Part shown: piece by piece, positions 47,200 through 59,902 of the stretch
How the letters are laid out: every line of letters starts with the position of its first letter
How positions within the stretch are numbered: position 1 is the stretch's first letter
Assembly (NCBI GenBank): GCA_030632085.1
Contig: DAOVJY010000004.1
Location: 16,000 to 79,999, forward strand
Length of the DNA: 64,000 nucleotides
DNA from: Candidatus Omnitrophota bacterium
GTDB lineage: Bacteria > Omnitrophota > Gorgyraeia > JAGLLT01
Direction: 5' to 3'
Made by a program: the position numbers and the translations under genes
Notes under the pieces: model-generated
Seen by the model: only the letters and a program-made list of their open reading frames with translations
Databases searched by the model: none
What the model was told of the DNA's origin: nothing

Positions 47200-48510
47200 C
47201 TAATTAAATACGTTAAATAGCCAGGTAGCCATTAAAAAATAAATTAAAACTCCGGTAATATCATTAGCTGTTGTAATAAAAGGGCCGCTGGCTATCGCGG
47301 GATCAATATTGATTTTTTCAAATAATAAGGGTATCATAACTCCAATCAGAGCGGCTACCAGTATAGCAACAAACATCGCCACAGTTAAAACTAAACCCAA
47401 AACCGGGTTACCATCAAATAAATAAGCCACAACTCCAACTACCAAACCGCAAACAATCCCCATAATCAGAGCTTGCCTAATTTCTCTATAAATAACACCT
47501 CTTATATGCTTCAAATTGATATTACCCGTAGCCAAACCTCTGATCGTAATCGTAGAAGACTGGATGCCGATATTGCCGCCCATGCCCGTAATTACAGGTA
47601 TAAAAAACGCTAACGCGATTACCTGCTGTAATGTAGTTTGAAAATTCCTTATTAATGTAGCTACAATAATCCCTCCAAAAAGAGTAGCCACTAACCAAGG
47701 CAGGCGTTGGCGCACAACTCTAAAAGTTGACTGTCTATAAATTTCTTCGTGGGAAATACCGGCCATTCGATATATATCTTCCGTATCCTCTTCGGTTATA
47801 ACATCGATAACATCATCTACAGTAATAATACCCAAAAGATTTCTTCCCTTATCTACAACCGGCACCGCCAGAAGATTATACTTAGAAACAATGCGTGCTA
47901 CTTCTTCCTGATCTAACCCCGGGTCAACGGTAATTGTATTCCGATTAACTAATTCGGCTAAGCGCATATTAGGTGTAGCGATAATTAATTTTTTAACGGA
48001 CAACACCCCAATGAACTTATTTTCGCTATCAATAACATAAACATAGACTATCTGAGCTTGAACATCCTTCGCAAACTGCCGCAAGGCTTCTATGGCCCGA
48101 GAGGCGGTTAAATTATCTTTAAGCACTAAAAAGTTAGTGGTCATAAGGCCGCCGGCAGATTCCTCATCGTATTTAAGCAGTTGTTGAACTTCTTTAGAAT
48201 CTTCTGTTTTCATTAAATTGAGGACATCTTTCTGCTTCTCACTTGAAAGGTCCGCCAATATGTCAGCCGCTTCATCAGGAGGCATTTTTTCAATTAATTT
48301 TGATATTTTGAAACTGGAGAGTTCCTTTAGAAGCTGGTATTCACTTTGAGGATCAAGTTCACTTAAAATTTGCGCGGCCATATCATAATCTAAAGCCGCG
48401 AAAAGAGTAATTCTCTCTTTGTGGTCTATATTGCGCAGAAGATCGGCAATGTCGGCCGGATGCATTTGCCCCAGGTTTTCTAAGTTAATCTTATTTTCTT
48501 TCTGATTCAT
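47200..48510 (-). CDS. mgtE: magnesium transporter MgtE
   Basis: HPADIA, DEAAD, CBS pair, RLPWL, GGNIGIQ, DPAIASGPFITT. Confidence 0.96.
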   Translation of the reverse strand: MNQKENKINLENLGQMHPADIADLLRNIDHKERITLFAALDYDMAAQILSELDPQSEYQLLKELSSFKISKLIEKMPPDEAADILADLSSEKQKDVLNLMKTEDSKEVQQLLKYDEESAGGLMTTNFLVLKDNLTASRAIEALRQFAKDVQAQIVYVYVIDSENKFIGVLSVKKLIIATPNMRLAELVNRNTITVDPGLDQEEVARIVSKYNLLAVPVVDKGRNLLGIITVDDVIDVITEEDTEDIYRMAGISHEEIYRQSTFRVVRQRLPWLVATLFGGIIVATLIRNFQTTLQQVIALAFFIPVITGMGGNIGIQSSTITIRGLATGNINLKHIRGVIYREIRQALIMGIVCGLVVGVVAYLFDGNPVLGLVLTVAMFVAILVAALIGVMIPLLFEKINIDPAIASGPFITTANDITGVLIYFLMATWLFNVFN

Positions 48511-49159
48511 TTTCGTCCTTAATCTCTCTATAAATCGGGCTTACTTTCCCACCGGAAATAACCAACTTTAAAGCTTCTTCAACGCTCATATCTAAATATA
48601 TAATATCTTTTTCCGGCACAAGTAGGAAAACACCGGATGTCGGATTAGGCGTTGTCGGTAAAAATATACTTATCATTTTAAACTTGGTTTTTTTCTGTAA
48701 TTCCTGCTTTGCTTCGGTTGTCACAAACCCTATCGAATAAATTCCTCTTCTGGGATATTCAAGTAAGGCTACTTTTTCAAAAATCATCCCCTGCCCCAAA
48801 AAAGCGCTACTTAATTGCTTTATAGAGATATAAATTTTGCTTATCATCGGCACTTTGAGAAAAAGGTTTTCTATCGCCGAAAATGTTCTTCTAATGAAAA
48901 ATACTCTCGCGGCTAAACCTATTAGAATAATAGCTAATATAATTGCTAGAAAAATCAGCACCTTAACAGTATGTACCGCAAAAGGAAAATATATATCAGG
49001 TAAATATGGGCTCACTGTCCTGATTAAAATATCAGAAATAGGGTCCAAAACAAGCTCTACAGTCTTAATAATTAAAAACCTGAGAATCACATAAGTCAAT
49101 ATCGCCGGTAATATAACAACCAACCCTGTTATAAAATATGTTCTGAGCTTTCTAAACAA
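48491..49159 (-). CDS. DUF502 family membrane protein
   Basis: YFITGL..LP, EYPRRG, FLPTTPNPTSG, MSVEEALK..SGG; GGAGG RBS supports TTG 49159. Confidence 0.9.
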   Translation of the reverse strand: MFRKLRTYFITGLVVILPAILTYVILRFLIIKTVELVLDPISDILIRTVSPYLPDIYFPFAVHTVKVLIFLAIILAIILIGLAARVFFIRRTFSAIENLFLKVPMISKIYISIKQLSSAFLGQGMIFEKVALLEYPRRGIYSIGFVTTEAKQELQKKTKFKMISIFLPTTPNPTSGVFLLVPEKDIIYLDMSVEEALKLVISGGKVSPIYREIKDENESERK

Positions 49160-49188
49160 AATATTCCTCCCGCGAAATGCCTGTTTTT

Positions 49189-49902
49189 TTAATAAAAAAG
49201 TTGATAAAAAATCTGAAAACATAAAAGTGTTGTCAGGACACCAAGTAAACTACCTATGATTACTTCCCAAACAGAGTGTATCTCATGCCTGACTCTACTT
49301 TGAGCTACTAAAAAAACCACTATTAAAGTTAAAATAGTAACTAATGAATTTTTGGTCACTAAAACAATAATAGCCCAAATACTAAAAGCTATGGCTGAAT
49401 GCCCGGAAGGCATGCCGCCTCTCAGCGGTTTACCTTTTTTTGACAATGACTTGCCCATCAATACAAGGAATATAACTAACAACAACGAAGCAAAGGTCGC
49501 GTGCCACGGAGAATACTGCACTCTGAGAAGGGTTTTTTCCAACTCAAAACTGATTATGTACTTAGAAAATACCAAGTATCCCGCTATTACGGCAAATATA
49601 GCGGAGATAAGCACGCTACCGGCCGCCACATCTTTAATAATTCTGGCTAACGGATGAAAATCGGGTGTTATCAAATCAATAATTTTTTCAATGGCGGTAT
49701 TAAACATCTCGCTGATTAAAACCAAACTAACCGCCCCGCAAACTACCAGCAACTCAACTTTTTCAAGTTGTAAAAAAATTGAAATAAGAATAATTACGAT
49801 CGCGAACAAGAAGTGCAATCTCATGCTTCTTTGTGTTTTTATGGTATATATAATGCCTTCAATGGCGGTATTAAAACTATCGGCTATTGTTCTTTTTTTC
49901 AT
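49189..49902 (-). CDS. dgkA: diacylglycerol kinase fused to PAP2 phosphatase
   Basis: SF..AIEG, EMFNTAIE, KDVAAG; GGMPSGHS..SRV..IHS. Confidence 0.9.
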   Translation of the reverse strand: MKKRTIADSFNTAIEGIIYTIKTQRSMRLHFLFAIVIILISIFLQLEKVELLVVCGAVSLVLISEMFNTAIEKIIDLITPDFHPLARIIKDVAAGSVLISAIFAVIAGYLVFSKYIISFELEKTLLRVQYSPWHATFASLLLVIFLVLMGKSLSKKGKPLRGGMPSGHSAIAFSIWAIIVLVTKNSLVTILTLIVVFLVAQSRVRHEIHSVWEVIIGSLLGVLTTLLCFQIFYQLFY

Positions 49903-50332
49903 ATTGATTCAACAATGTTTCCTGCAAAATATTCATAGCTTGCTTTTCTTTTTTAGTATAGTCCCTATGCCCAAATAAATGCAGCAATCCGTGAATAACA
50001 TACAATCTTATCTCATGTATAACTGTCTGCTTATAAACTCTTGCCTGTCTCCTGGCGGCCTCAATGGAAATAACGATGTCACCTAAATATGAAGCCGATA
50101 AAGCCATGCCTTTATTTCTTTCTTCATAAAAAGAAAGGACATCTGTTGCTTTATTTTTTCGGCGAAACTTTTTATTTAACTCTCTAATTCTTTTATTATC
50201 TGTAAATAATACGCTAACTTCCGTATTTTTAATATCATGTGATTTAAGTATAAAAACGCATAAATTCTTCAATTGCTTTTTAGGCAATTTATAACATCTT
50301 TGGTCATTTATTAGATTTATTTTTAAAGCCAT
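49877..50332 (-). CDS. ybeY: rRNA maturation RNase YbeY
   Basis: TDVLSF, LGDIVIS, HGLLHLFGHRD. Confidence 0.95.
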   Translation of the reverse strand: MALKINLINDQRCYKLPKKQLKNLCVFILKSHDIKNTEVSVLFTDNKRIRELNKKFRRKNKATDVLSFYEERNKGMALSASYLGDIVISIEAARRQARVYKQTVIHEIRLYVIHGLLHLFGHRDYTKKEKQAMNILQETLLNQYEKKNNSR

Positions 50333-52547
50333 TCTTGCCTTTTTTATTTTTTGGTTTCCGGCTCCCTTTGCCCGGATCAGGATACTCTACTCTGCTATGA
50401 TAAATTCCAGCTAATAATTTTGAAAAACTTTCAGATATCTTATGGAGATCTTTTAATGTAAGGTCACATTCATCAAGTTGTTCATCGATAAATTTATTGT
50501 TTATGATTTTTTGCACTGTCTGTTTTATTTTCTTTGGTGTCTGATTGGGTAAAGCTCTGGTTGCAGCCTCAACTGAATCAGCAAGTAACACAATAGCTAC
50601 TTCCTTTGTTTGCGGCAAAGGTGATTTATATCTGAAATCTTCTTCCTTAGCTTCACCTTCCTTCTTTTCATTTTCAATAGCCCTTTGATAAAAATAGAAA
50701 GTAAGACTATTGCCGTGATGCTGTTGAATAAAATCCTGTATGGCAATGCTCAGCTTGTATTTTTTTGCTAAAACAAGGCCGTCTTTGATATGATTAGTTA
50801 TAATCAGACTGCTCATCTTGGGAGTTAATTCAGCGTGTTTATCAGCATAGCCCATTTGGTTTTCACTGAAATATTCCGGTTTTAAAAGCTTACCGACGTC
50901 ATGATAATACGCTCCAACCCTTGCAAGTAAAGAATTAGCTCCAATAGCATCGGCGGCATTCTCCGACAGGTTACCTACTATCAAGCTATGATGATATGTT
51001 CCGGGAGCCTTAATAACCATTTCCTTCAAAAGAGGGTGATTCAAATCGGAAAGTTCCAATAAACTTATATTGGTAGTAATTTTAAAAATATATTCCAAAA
51101 CGGGTAAAATGCCGGTAACTATAAAAGCGCAAACAAAACCGTTTGATATAGCCCACAGACTATCTATAAATATAACATCTGTACTAAGGTTGTCTAAAAG
51201 GTCAATGTTTATAATAGCGAGACAACCTGTAAGCCCTACAAAAAGACCGGCTTTTAAAAGCTGGGCTCGTCTTCTAACATTTTTAACGGAGTAAATACCA
51301 ATTAAACCGCCAGCTAAATAATATATGAAAATATTTAGCCGCCCCCCTGAAATTATAGCTATGAAAATGCTTAAAAACATTGTCATAACAATAGCCAATC
51401 TACTGCTCAAGAGAATAGCTATCAATATTGAAGCACTGGCCAGAGGCACAAAATATCTCGATAACGGTGAGAAAGTAATAAGCTTAGCTGATAAAATAAT
51501 AATAAAAGAAATTAAACCTATAAGAGCTATACTATTAACTGAAGCTAATATCTTCGGCTCATATAACTTCATATACATCCACAGCAGCACTGTTAATAAG
51601 AGTACAAAAATCGAAATGCTATAATAATATAGCTTTGTTTCTCTATTCTCATTATTGTTTTCAAGTTCACTTAATTGATGCAAATAAGCTAAATGATCTT
51701 TAGTGATAAGCTGGCTTTTCGCTACAATAACACTATTTTCTTTAATAAGATTCTCATAGTAAACAACGGGCGCGGCTTGAGCCGCTTCTTCTTTTCTTTT
51801 AGCGGTTAACTTCTCATCATAACTTACATTACCAACTACGGACTGCGCAATAATTTCATCAGCCAGAGATTGTCCAACTTTATCCTTAATATATTCCGGA
51901 ATTAAATTTTTTCCAATAGCGCAGGCATCTTTGGTGGTTATTAATGAGTCTGTCTGTATATATACTTCTTCTCCGTTAGAAGCAATATAGATTATAGACT
52001 CCGCTTTATCGGCTATCTTAACTTTTTCAACCGCATCAAAAATAGGGCCATCCGTAATTAAATTAATAATTTCAATGATAGATGTTTTAATCTGATCGGA
52101 TTTTTCCTCATCCAATGAGAGAATATAACTGTAGTAAGAATTTTTAAGTACAAAAGGGCTTTTCTCTTTTAATAAAGAAACTTTCCCTTTCTCCGCGATA
52201 TTCTTCTTAAGCCTTAAGTCATTGGCTTTATTAAATAAGCTCAGAGTCCCGCTATAAATAGAATCATTTTTAATCTTATCCGGAAAATAAACTTCAGGTA
52301 CTATCTCTACAGCTCTCTCTATACTTCCGGATGTCGCCTCAGAATTAACATCCCCCCGAACATAGAAATCAAATGGAGCTTTAATTGTCGTGCGGGCAAC
52401 ATCACCTACTTGCATAATGCCTTTGTAAGGGCGAGGCCCAATCAAGAGTATTGAGACAAAAACAGCCGCAAACAATATGACAAGCAGAAATGAACTTGAT
52501 GTTATCTTAAATTTATGAAAACCAGATTGTCTTTTTTTCCAAATCAT
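50304..52547 (-). CDS. 7TM-HD phosphodiesterase (PgpH-like)
   Basis: Extracellular domain, 7 TM, LLELSDLNHPLL..APGTYHHS..YHDVGK..LADSVEAA. Confidence 0.92.
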   Translation of the reverse strand: MIWKKRQSGFHKFKITSSSFLLVILFAAVFVSILLIGPRPYKGIMQVGDVARTTIKAPFDFYVRGDVNSEATSGSIERAVEIVPEVYFPDKIKNDSIYSGTLSLFNKANDLRLKKNIAEKGKVSLLKEKSPFVLKNSYYSYILSLDEEKSDQIKTSIIEIINLITDGPIFDAVEKVKIADKAESIIYIASNGEEVYIQTDSLITTKDACAIGKNLIPEYIKDKVGQSLADEIIAQSVVGNVSYDEKLTAKRKEEAAQAAPVVYYENLIKENSVIVAKSQLITKDHLAYLHQLSELENNNENRETKLYYYSISIFVLLLTVLLWMYMKLYEPKILASVNSIALIGLISFIIILSAKLITFSPLSRYFVPLASASILIAILLSSRLAIVMTMFLSIFIAIISGGRLNIFIYYLAGGLIGIYSVKNVRRRAQLLKAGLFVGLTGCLAIINIDLLDNLSTDVIFIDSLWAISNGFVCAFIVTGILPVLEYIFKITTNISLLELSDLNHPLLKEMVIKAPGTYHHSLIVGNLSENAADAIGANSLLARVGAYYHDVGKLLKPEYFSENQMGYADKHAELTPKMSSLIITNHIKDGLVLAKKYKLSIAIQDFIQQHHGNSLTFYFYQRAIENEKKEGEAKEEDFRYKSPLPQTKEVAIVLLADSVEAATRALPNQTPKKIKQTVQKIINNKFIDEQLDECDLTLKDLHKISESFSKLLAGIYHSRVEYPDPGKGSRKPKNKKGKNGFKNKSNK

Positions 52548-52552
52548 TATTT

Positions 52553-53500
52553 TTACCTAAAGTAATTTTCGTACGCTTTAATTATAGTTTGAACAAGCTC
52601 GTGGCGCACAATATCTTTACCTGTTAGACTTATGAATCCTATACCTTTGATGCTTTTTAAGATATCTATAGTTTCCGCTAAGCCAATGCTTTTCTCACCG
52701 GGTAAATCGCTTTGAGTAATATCACCGGTTATAACAACCTTTGAATTAAAACCCATTCTCGTAAGGAACATTTTCAGTTGTTCTCTAGTGCAATTTTGCG
52801 CTTCATCTAAAATAATAAAAGAATCATTAAGTGTTCGTCCGCGCATATACGCCAGAGGGGCAACTTCTATGATTCCTTTATCCATAAAATTCTTAACTTT
52901 ATCAACTTCCATCATATCATATAAAGCGTCATACAAAGGCCTTAAATAAGGGCTGACCTTTTCATAAAAATCTCCCGGTAAAAAACCCAGGCTTTCACCG
53001 GCCTCAACAGCGGGCCTGGCGAGGATGATGCGGCTGCAATCACCCCTTATCAAATACATTACCGCCATTGCCATAGCTAAATAAGTTTTACCTGTACCGG
53101 CCGGGCCTATTGAAAAAACAATATCAAAATTCCTAATAGCGTCAACATATTCCTTTTGACCCAATGTTTTAGGAACAACAGGCTGCCTTTTATGAGATAC
53201 AGGAATCTTATCAAGATATACCCTGTCTATCGGGGCATTATAATCTTGCTTGATGGCTTCAATGGAGTAATCAAATTCTGACTTTTTCATGGTCCCGCCT
53301 TCTCTGATTACCAAAAGAACCTCATCAAAAAGCCTACCCGCTCTTTCAACATCCTGTTTCTTGCCCTTAATAGTAAGCTTATCCCCGCGCGATACTACTG
53401 TTACACACAACTCATCTTCTACACGACGGAGATTCTCATCATGTTTACCAAAAAGTGAAACAGCTTCCCTGTTATCTTTAAGGGTGATCACTTTTTCCAT
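52553..53500 (-). CDS. phoH: PhoH family ATPase
   Basis: GPAGTGKT, RPAVEAGE.LGFLPG, LAYMRGRT, DEAQN, GDITQSDL. Confidence 0.96.
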   Translation of the reverse strand: MEKVITLKDNREAVSLFGKHDENLRRVEDELCVTVVSRGDKLTIKGKKQDVERAGRLFDEVLLVIREGGTMKKSEFDYSIEAIKQDYNAPIDRVYLDKIPVSHKRQPVVPKTLGQKEYVDAIRNFDIVFSIGPAGTGKTYLAMAMAVMYLIRGDCSRIILARPAVEAGESLGFLPGDFYEKVSPYLRPLYDALYDMMEVDKVKNFMDKGIIEVAPLAYMRGRTLNDSFIILDEAQNCTREQLKMFLTRMGFNSKVVITGDITQSDLPGEKSIGLAETIDILKSIKGIGFISLTGKDIVRHELVQTIIKAYENYFR

Positions 53501-53513
53501 AGTGAGTATATTT

Positions 53514-54104
53514 TTACCTCGGAATCTTTAACTTCATGCCGGGCTTTATTAAACTCGGTTTTTTAATCTTATCTTTATTAGCGTTAAATATTAACTTCCA
53601 TTTTGAAGAATTTCCATAAACTTCCGGACGGCCGGCAATATCCCAAAGAGTCTCGCCTTTTTTAACAACATAATAATCATATACCGGTTCCGGAACAGTT
53701 ATTATTTCAATTTCTTCTACATCCTCAACAATCACACGCGACATATCAGAAATCGTCTCCGGCTTACTATCCGCTTCAGCTTCAAAATAGCCCTTATTGT
53801 AATCCCCGGGCTTATCAGATGCCATCTTTTTTAAACTATCACTATGCTTCTTCTCTGAATATTCTTCAGTCGCGGCAGTTTTATCACTAGGTCTTGTTAA
53901 ATCTATATCAACCTTAATAAAAGTTTTTGTTGTCTTTTTAGCTTTGCTTTGCGCGACATCACCTTCACCCATTAAAAAACCTTGGTTGCCGGAAATCTCC
54001 TGATCAACTCTTTCGCAAGTAACCGGTTTTACAGTTACACATCCAGAAATCAAAAACATACTTATTAATAACGCGAATACCAACAAAGATGTCCATGATT
54101 TCAT
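53514..54104 (-). CDS. LysM-domain lipoprotein
   Basis: Lipobox ISGC; [23 protein letters not shown]. Confidence 0.88.
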   Translation of the reverse strand: MKSWTSLLVFALLISMFLISGCVTVKPVTCERVDQEISGNQGFLMGEGDVAQSKAKKTTKTFIKVDIDLTRPSDKTAATEEYSEKKHSDSLKKMASDKPGDYNKGYFEAEADSKPETISDMSRVIVEDVEEIEIITVPEPVYDYYVVKKGETLWDIAGRPEVYGNSSKWKLIFNANKDKIKKPSLIKPGMKLKIPR

Positions 54105-54106
54105 AA

Positions 54107-55501
54107 TTACAACACCTCCTTCTTTGAGGGTTTGATACTCAAACCTAATTCAGTTAACTGTTTACTATTGACAACTGATGGCGCTTTGGTTAAAGGGCAT
54201 AATGCTCTTTGAGTTTTTGGAAATGCTATCACATCTCTAATGCTATCATCACCGGTAATTAAAGTAAGAAGTCTGTCTAGTCCAAAAGCAATGCCGCCAT
54301 GCGGAGGAGCTCCATAATCAAACGCTTCAAGTAAAAAGCCGAAGCGCGCATCAATCTCATCTTCCGGCATATTAATAATTTCAAATATTTTCTTTTGCAA
54401 CTTCTTCTTATTAATTCTTAATGAACCGCTGGCTATCTCCGCGCCATTTATTACTAAGTCATAAGAACTTGACCTAACTTTTCCGGGATCATTACCCAAG
54501 AGCCCAATGTCTTCTGCATGAGGAGATGTAAATGGATGATGCTCACTCTCCCATCTCTTGCCTTCTTCATTATATTTAAAAAGCGGGAAATCAACTATCC
54601 AGACAAAACTATACTTCTCATTATCTTTTCTTAAATCGGGTTTGTCGGTTTGATATTTCTCCAGAGTTTCCCGGTGGCTCATTCTTGGAAAAGGTATCTG
54701 AATGTCAATTCCGGCTGCTTGCTTAAAAACCGCCTTGAGCACCTTTTCGCTTACATTAAAGATATCCTCTTGGCCAACAAAGGACATTTCCATATCCAGC
54801 TGCGTAAATTCCGGCTGCCTGTCAGCCCTTAAATCTTCATCACGAAAACATTTTGCAATTTGAAAATACTTATCCAAACCCGCGACCATTAATATCTGTT
54901 TAAAAAGTTGCGGAGACTGGGGTAAAGCGTAAAAACTTCCCTGATTAACGCGGCTAGGCACCAAATAATCCCTCGCGCCTTCAGGCGTACTTTTTGTCAA
55001 TATAGGTGTTTCAACTTCAATAAAGCCTTCTTTATCCAGAACATCTCTCATCACTTTGCAAACATTATGCCGTAAGATAATATTTTTAGTCATTTTGCTT
55101 CGTCTTAGGTCAAGATAACGGTATCTTAGTCTGTTCTCATCAGAAATTTCAGAATCATCTTCAATTTCAAAAGGCGGTGTTTCAGCTTCATTTAAAATTT
55201 GAAGTTTAGCGGCATGAACTTCAATATGGCCCGTAGGAAGGTTATTATTTTCCGTTCCCTTCGGCCTTTCCTGAACTATACCTTCAACACAAATAACAAA
55301 TTCACTTCTAAGCTTCTTCACTTCTTTAAATAATTCTTTATTTTTCGAGAAGAAATCAACCTGAGTAAAGCCTTCTCTATCTCTTATATCGATAAAAATA
55401 AGCCCCCCATGGTCTCTTCTTTTGGCTACCCAACCGCACAAAGTGACTGTTTCTCCGATATTTTCTTTTTTTAGTTCTCCACAGGTGTGTGTTCTCTTCA
55501 T
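54107..55501 (-). CDS. aspS: aspartate--tRNA ligase, short form lacking GAD domain
   Basis: [47 protein letters not shown]. Confidence 0.96.
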   Translation of the reverse strand: MKRTHTCGELKKENIGETVTLCGWVAKRRDHGGLIFIDIRDREGFTQVDFFSKNKELFKEVKKLRSEFVICVEGIVQERPKGTENNNLPTGHIEVHAAKLQILNEAETPPFEIEDDSEISDENRLRYRYLDLRRSKMTKNIILRHNVCKVMRDVLDKEGFIEVETPILTKSTPEGARDYLVPSRVNQGSFYALPQSPQLFKQILMVAGLDKYFQIAKCFRDEDLRADRQPEFTQLDMEMSFVGQEDIFNVSEKVLKAVFKQAAGIDIQIPFPRMSHRETLEKYQTDKPDLRKDNEKYSFVWIVDFPLFKYNEEGKRWESEHHPFTSPHAEDIGLLGNDPGKVRSSSYDLVINGAEIASGSLRINKKKLQKKIFEIINMPEDEIDARFGFLLEAFDYGAPPHGGIAFGLDRLLTLITGDDSIRDVIAFPKTQRALCPLTKAPSVVNSKQLTELGLSIKPSKKEVL

Positions 55502-56658
55502 TTTTTAATGCCTACTTTCTGAGCTGATTGAAATACTTTTCCTTCTGTTTTAATGGCCGGCGCTATAATAATTTCCGTTAATTGGAACTCTTTAATTGTA
55601 CGCGCGCCAACCGCTCCCATTGAAGTCATTATCGCACCAAGTAAATTTTGCGTACCATCATCTGTTTTCGCGGGGCCTAATAATATCTCTTTTAATGATC
55701 CGGTGGTTCCCACTCTAATCCTGGTTCCGCGAGGCAAATTCAAATTGGGTGTTGCCATACCCCAATGACAACCGCGCCCAGGTGCTTCTTTTGCCCGGGC
55801 AAAAGCAGAACCAACCATTACGGCATCCGCGCCGCAAGCGAAAGCTTTACATATATCACCGCCGGTTGTCATGCCGCCGTCAGTAATAATAGGAATATAT
55901 TTACCGCTGGTTTTATAGTAAAAGTCTCTAGCTGCCGCAGCATCGCAAGTTGCCGTTACCTGGGGAACTCCGATACCCAGAACTCCGCGAGTTGTACAAG
56001 CGGCTCCGGGGCCAACACCAATAAGAACTCCGCTTGCTCCCAATTGCATAAGTTCCAGAGTCATATTATACGTTACGGCATTTCCAATCATAATTGGAAT
56101 TTTACTCTTTTTGCAGAGAGTGCCATAATTACAAACTTTATATTCGGTTGAAATATGTGTTGCTGAAGAAACTTGCGATTGAACAACAAAGATATCCGCG
56201 CCGGCAGACTGTATAATTTTACTGTAACGTTCCGCTTTCTGCGGGATAGAACTGACAATAACGGTCACATTTGCTTTTTTAATTTCACGAATTCGTTTTT
56301 TTATTAATTTTTCTTTAACGGAAGGCTTATATAATTTTTGAACTAACTCGGTGGCACGATCGGTTGTAGCTTTTGAAATCTCATTTAAAATGTCACTCGG
56401 ATCTTCATATCGCGTTTGAACACCTTCTAAGTTTAAAACCGCAAGGCCGCCAAGCTTACCCATCTTAATAGCAAATGGGACATCGACAACACCATCCATA
56501 GCAGCCGCTATAATGGGCACTTTGTATCTCTTATGCGCGAATTCCCAAGACGCGTCCACTTCATTTGGGTTAATTGATATATCACCTGGAACTAAAGCAA
56601 TTTCATCAAAACTATAACAACGTCGGGCTTTCCGGCCGCGTCCAACCCACATACCCAT
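55498..56658 (-). CDS. GuaB3-family IMP dehydrogenase-related protein
   Basis: YSFDEIALVP, AAMDGVV, VLNLEG, GVGPGAACTTR, DGGM, WGMATP..LPRG. Confidence 0.9.
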   Translation of the reverse strand: MGMWVGRGRKARRCYSFDEIALVPGDISINPNEVDASWEFAHKRYKVPIIAAAMDGVVDVPFAIKMGKLGGLAVLNLEGVQTRYEDPSDILNEISKATTDRATELVQKLYKPSVKEKLIKKRIREIKKANVTVIVSSIPQKAERYSKIIQSAGADIFVVQSQVSSATHISTEYKVCNYGTLCKKSKIPIMIGNAVTYNMTLELMQLGASGVLIGVGPGAACTTRGVLGIGVPQVTATCDAAAARDFYYKTSGKYIPIITDGGMTTGGDICKAFACGADAVMVGSAFARAKEAPGRGCHWGMATPNLNLPRGTRIRVGTTGSLKEILLGPAKTDDGTQNLLGAIMTSMGAVGARTIKEFQLTEIIIAPAIKTEGKVFQSAQKVGIKK

Positions 56659-56724
56659 TTAAATATCCTCCTATAATTTAAATCATTTAACTATATAAAG
56701 AAAAACAAGTTAGAAATTAGATGT

Positions 56725-56753
56725 AGTATAACAAAGCCTGTAAATAAAGTCAA
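56725..56753 (-). promoter_or_regulatory. sigma-70 promoter of guaB3-aspS operon
   Basis: TTGACT-17 bp-TATACT with TG extension. Confidence 0.75.
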
Positions 56754-56786
56754 CTTATAAAGTATTTAAATACTATATAGGAAAAT

Positions 56787-56930
56787 AAGACGCAAGTATA
56801 AAGTCATAAGTCATAAGACACAAGCAAGAAATAAGCACAAAGTCACAAGTCACAAGCAAAAAAAAAGAACAAAAAACTAAAAGCAGAAACAAAGAGCATA
56901 GAGCTTACAGCTATCAGCAAAAAAAACAAA
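56787..56930. repeat. two-block heptamer tract (AAGTCAC-type then AGAGCAT-type)
   Basis: aagacgc aagtata aagtcat aagtcat aagacac..aagtcac aagtcac; then agagcat agagctt acagcta tcagcaa. Confidence 0.85.
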
Positions 56931-56958
56931 AAAAGCCCCTCTATAATAGAGGGGCTTT
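56928..56958 (-). terminator. intrinsic terminator of groESL
   Basis: AAAGCCCCTCTA-TAA-TAGAGGGGCTTT with T-run on the minus strand. Confidence 0.88.
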
Positions 56959-56990
56959 ATCTTACTTATCTTCCTAATAATCATACAAAA

Positions 56991-58953
<1,963 letters not shown>

Positions 58954-58980
58954 TTAGTTATCCTCCTTCTTTTTATTTAT

Positions 58981-59007
58981 TTAGCAGTCTTCAATATAGA
59001 GTGCTAA
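58981..59007. promoter_or_regulatory. CIRCE element (HrcA operator)
   Basis: TTAGCAGTC-N9-GAGTGCTAA, one mismatch to consensus, just upstream of groES. Confidence 0.92.
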
Positions 59008-59126
59008 TTGTAGAGTAATCTTATAAGATAATCTTATAAAAATCAAGCTTTATTTTCAATAAATATATGCGAATATAAATAATCGGGTGAGATTAATAGA
59101 AAATACCTTATATTATCTTACTATTA

Positions 59127-59900
59127 TTAACAACATTTCACCATTTTATAATTAATATATAACCCATAAAGCGTAAGCTGTTTATCTACGCGGTCAATAC
59201 CCGGCACAAACTTCTCAAACAACACCGCGTCTCCTCCGGTAGCGATAACTTTAAGTTTAGCACCATACTTATTTTTAAACCTCTTTATAATGCCTTCGCA
59301 GGCAGCAGCCGTCGCATAAACAATCCCATTTTGAATACTGGTTTTAGTATCTTTACCGATTAAGCCCAATGGTTTCTTCGGTTCGATTAAAGGTAATAAT
59401 TCAGCTTTAGATGATAACGCGGCTAATGAAGTTCTAATCCCGGGCATAATAATTCCACCCAGATATTCATTATTTCTATTTACCATATCAAATGTTATCG
59501 CCGTACCAAAATCAATGATTAAGGTATTATTTTTAGGATAAGTATTATATGCCGCGATAGCATTAAGAAGCCTGTCCGCTCCAACTTGCTTAGGCCTTTT
59601 ATATCTATTTTTTATAGCGTACTTAAGGTTTTTACCTGTCTGGTATATATTTTTAATACCCATTTCCTTCAGGGCTAATCTAAAGGCTTTATCAATTGAA
59701 GGAACAACACTGCAGAATATTGCCGCATCAATTTTACTTACGCGAATATTCTTTTCTTTAGTGTGTTTTTTCAGCAGCCTGCTATAGAAATTTTTGTCTT
59801 TGTTTTTTTCAACCTTTACGCGCCCGAAACCGGAAATCGCGTTTGCCTTGATAAAACCTACAGTTATGGAACTGTTGCCTATATCGGCTAGAAGTATCAT
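59127..59900 (-). CDS. coaX: type III pantothenate kinase
   Basis: DIGNS, SVVP, VGADR, IDFGTAITFD, GGIIMPG, ATGG. Confidence 0.95.
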   Translation of the reverse strand: MILLADIGNSSITVGFIKANAISGFGRVKVEKNKDKNFYSRLLKKHTKEKNIRVSKIDAAIFCSVVPSIDKAFRLALKEMGIKNIYQTGKNLKYAIKNRYKRPKQVGADRLLNAIAAYNTYPKNNTLIIDFGTAITFDMVNRNNEYLGGIIMPGIRTSLAALSSKAELLPLIEPKKPLGLIGKDTKTSIQNGIVYATAAACEGIIKRFKNKYGAKLKVIATGGDAVLFEKFVPGIDRVDKQLTLYGLYINYKMVKCC

Positions 59901-59902
59901 TA

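Noticed and set aside
59017-59040. TAATCTTATAA tandem/palindrome upstream of CIRCE
   Set aside because: AT-rich, overlaps the probable groES promoter; no independent support as a separate element.
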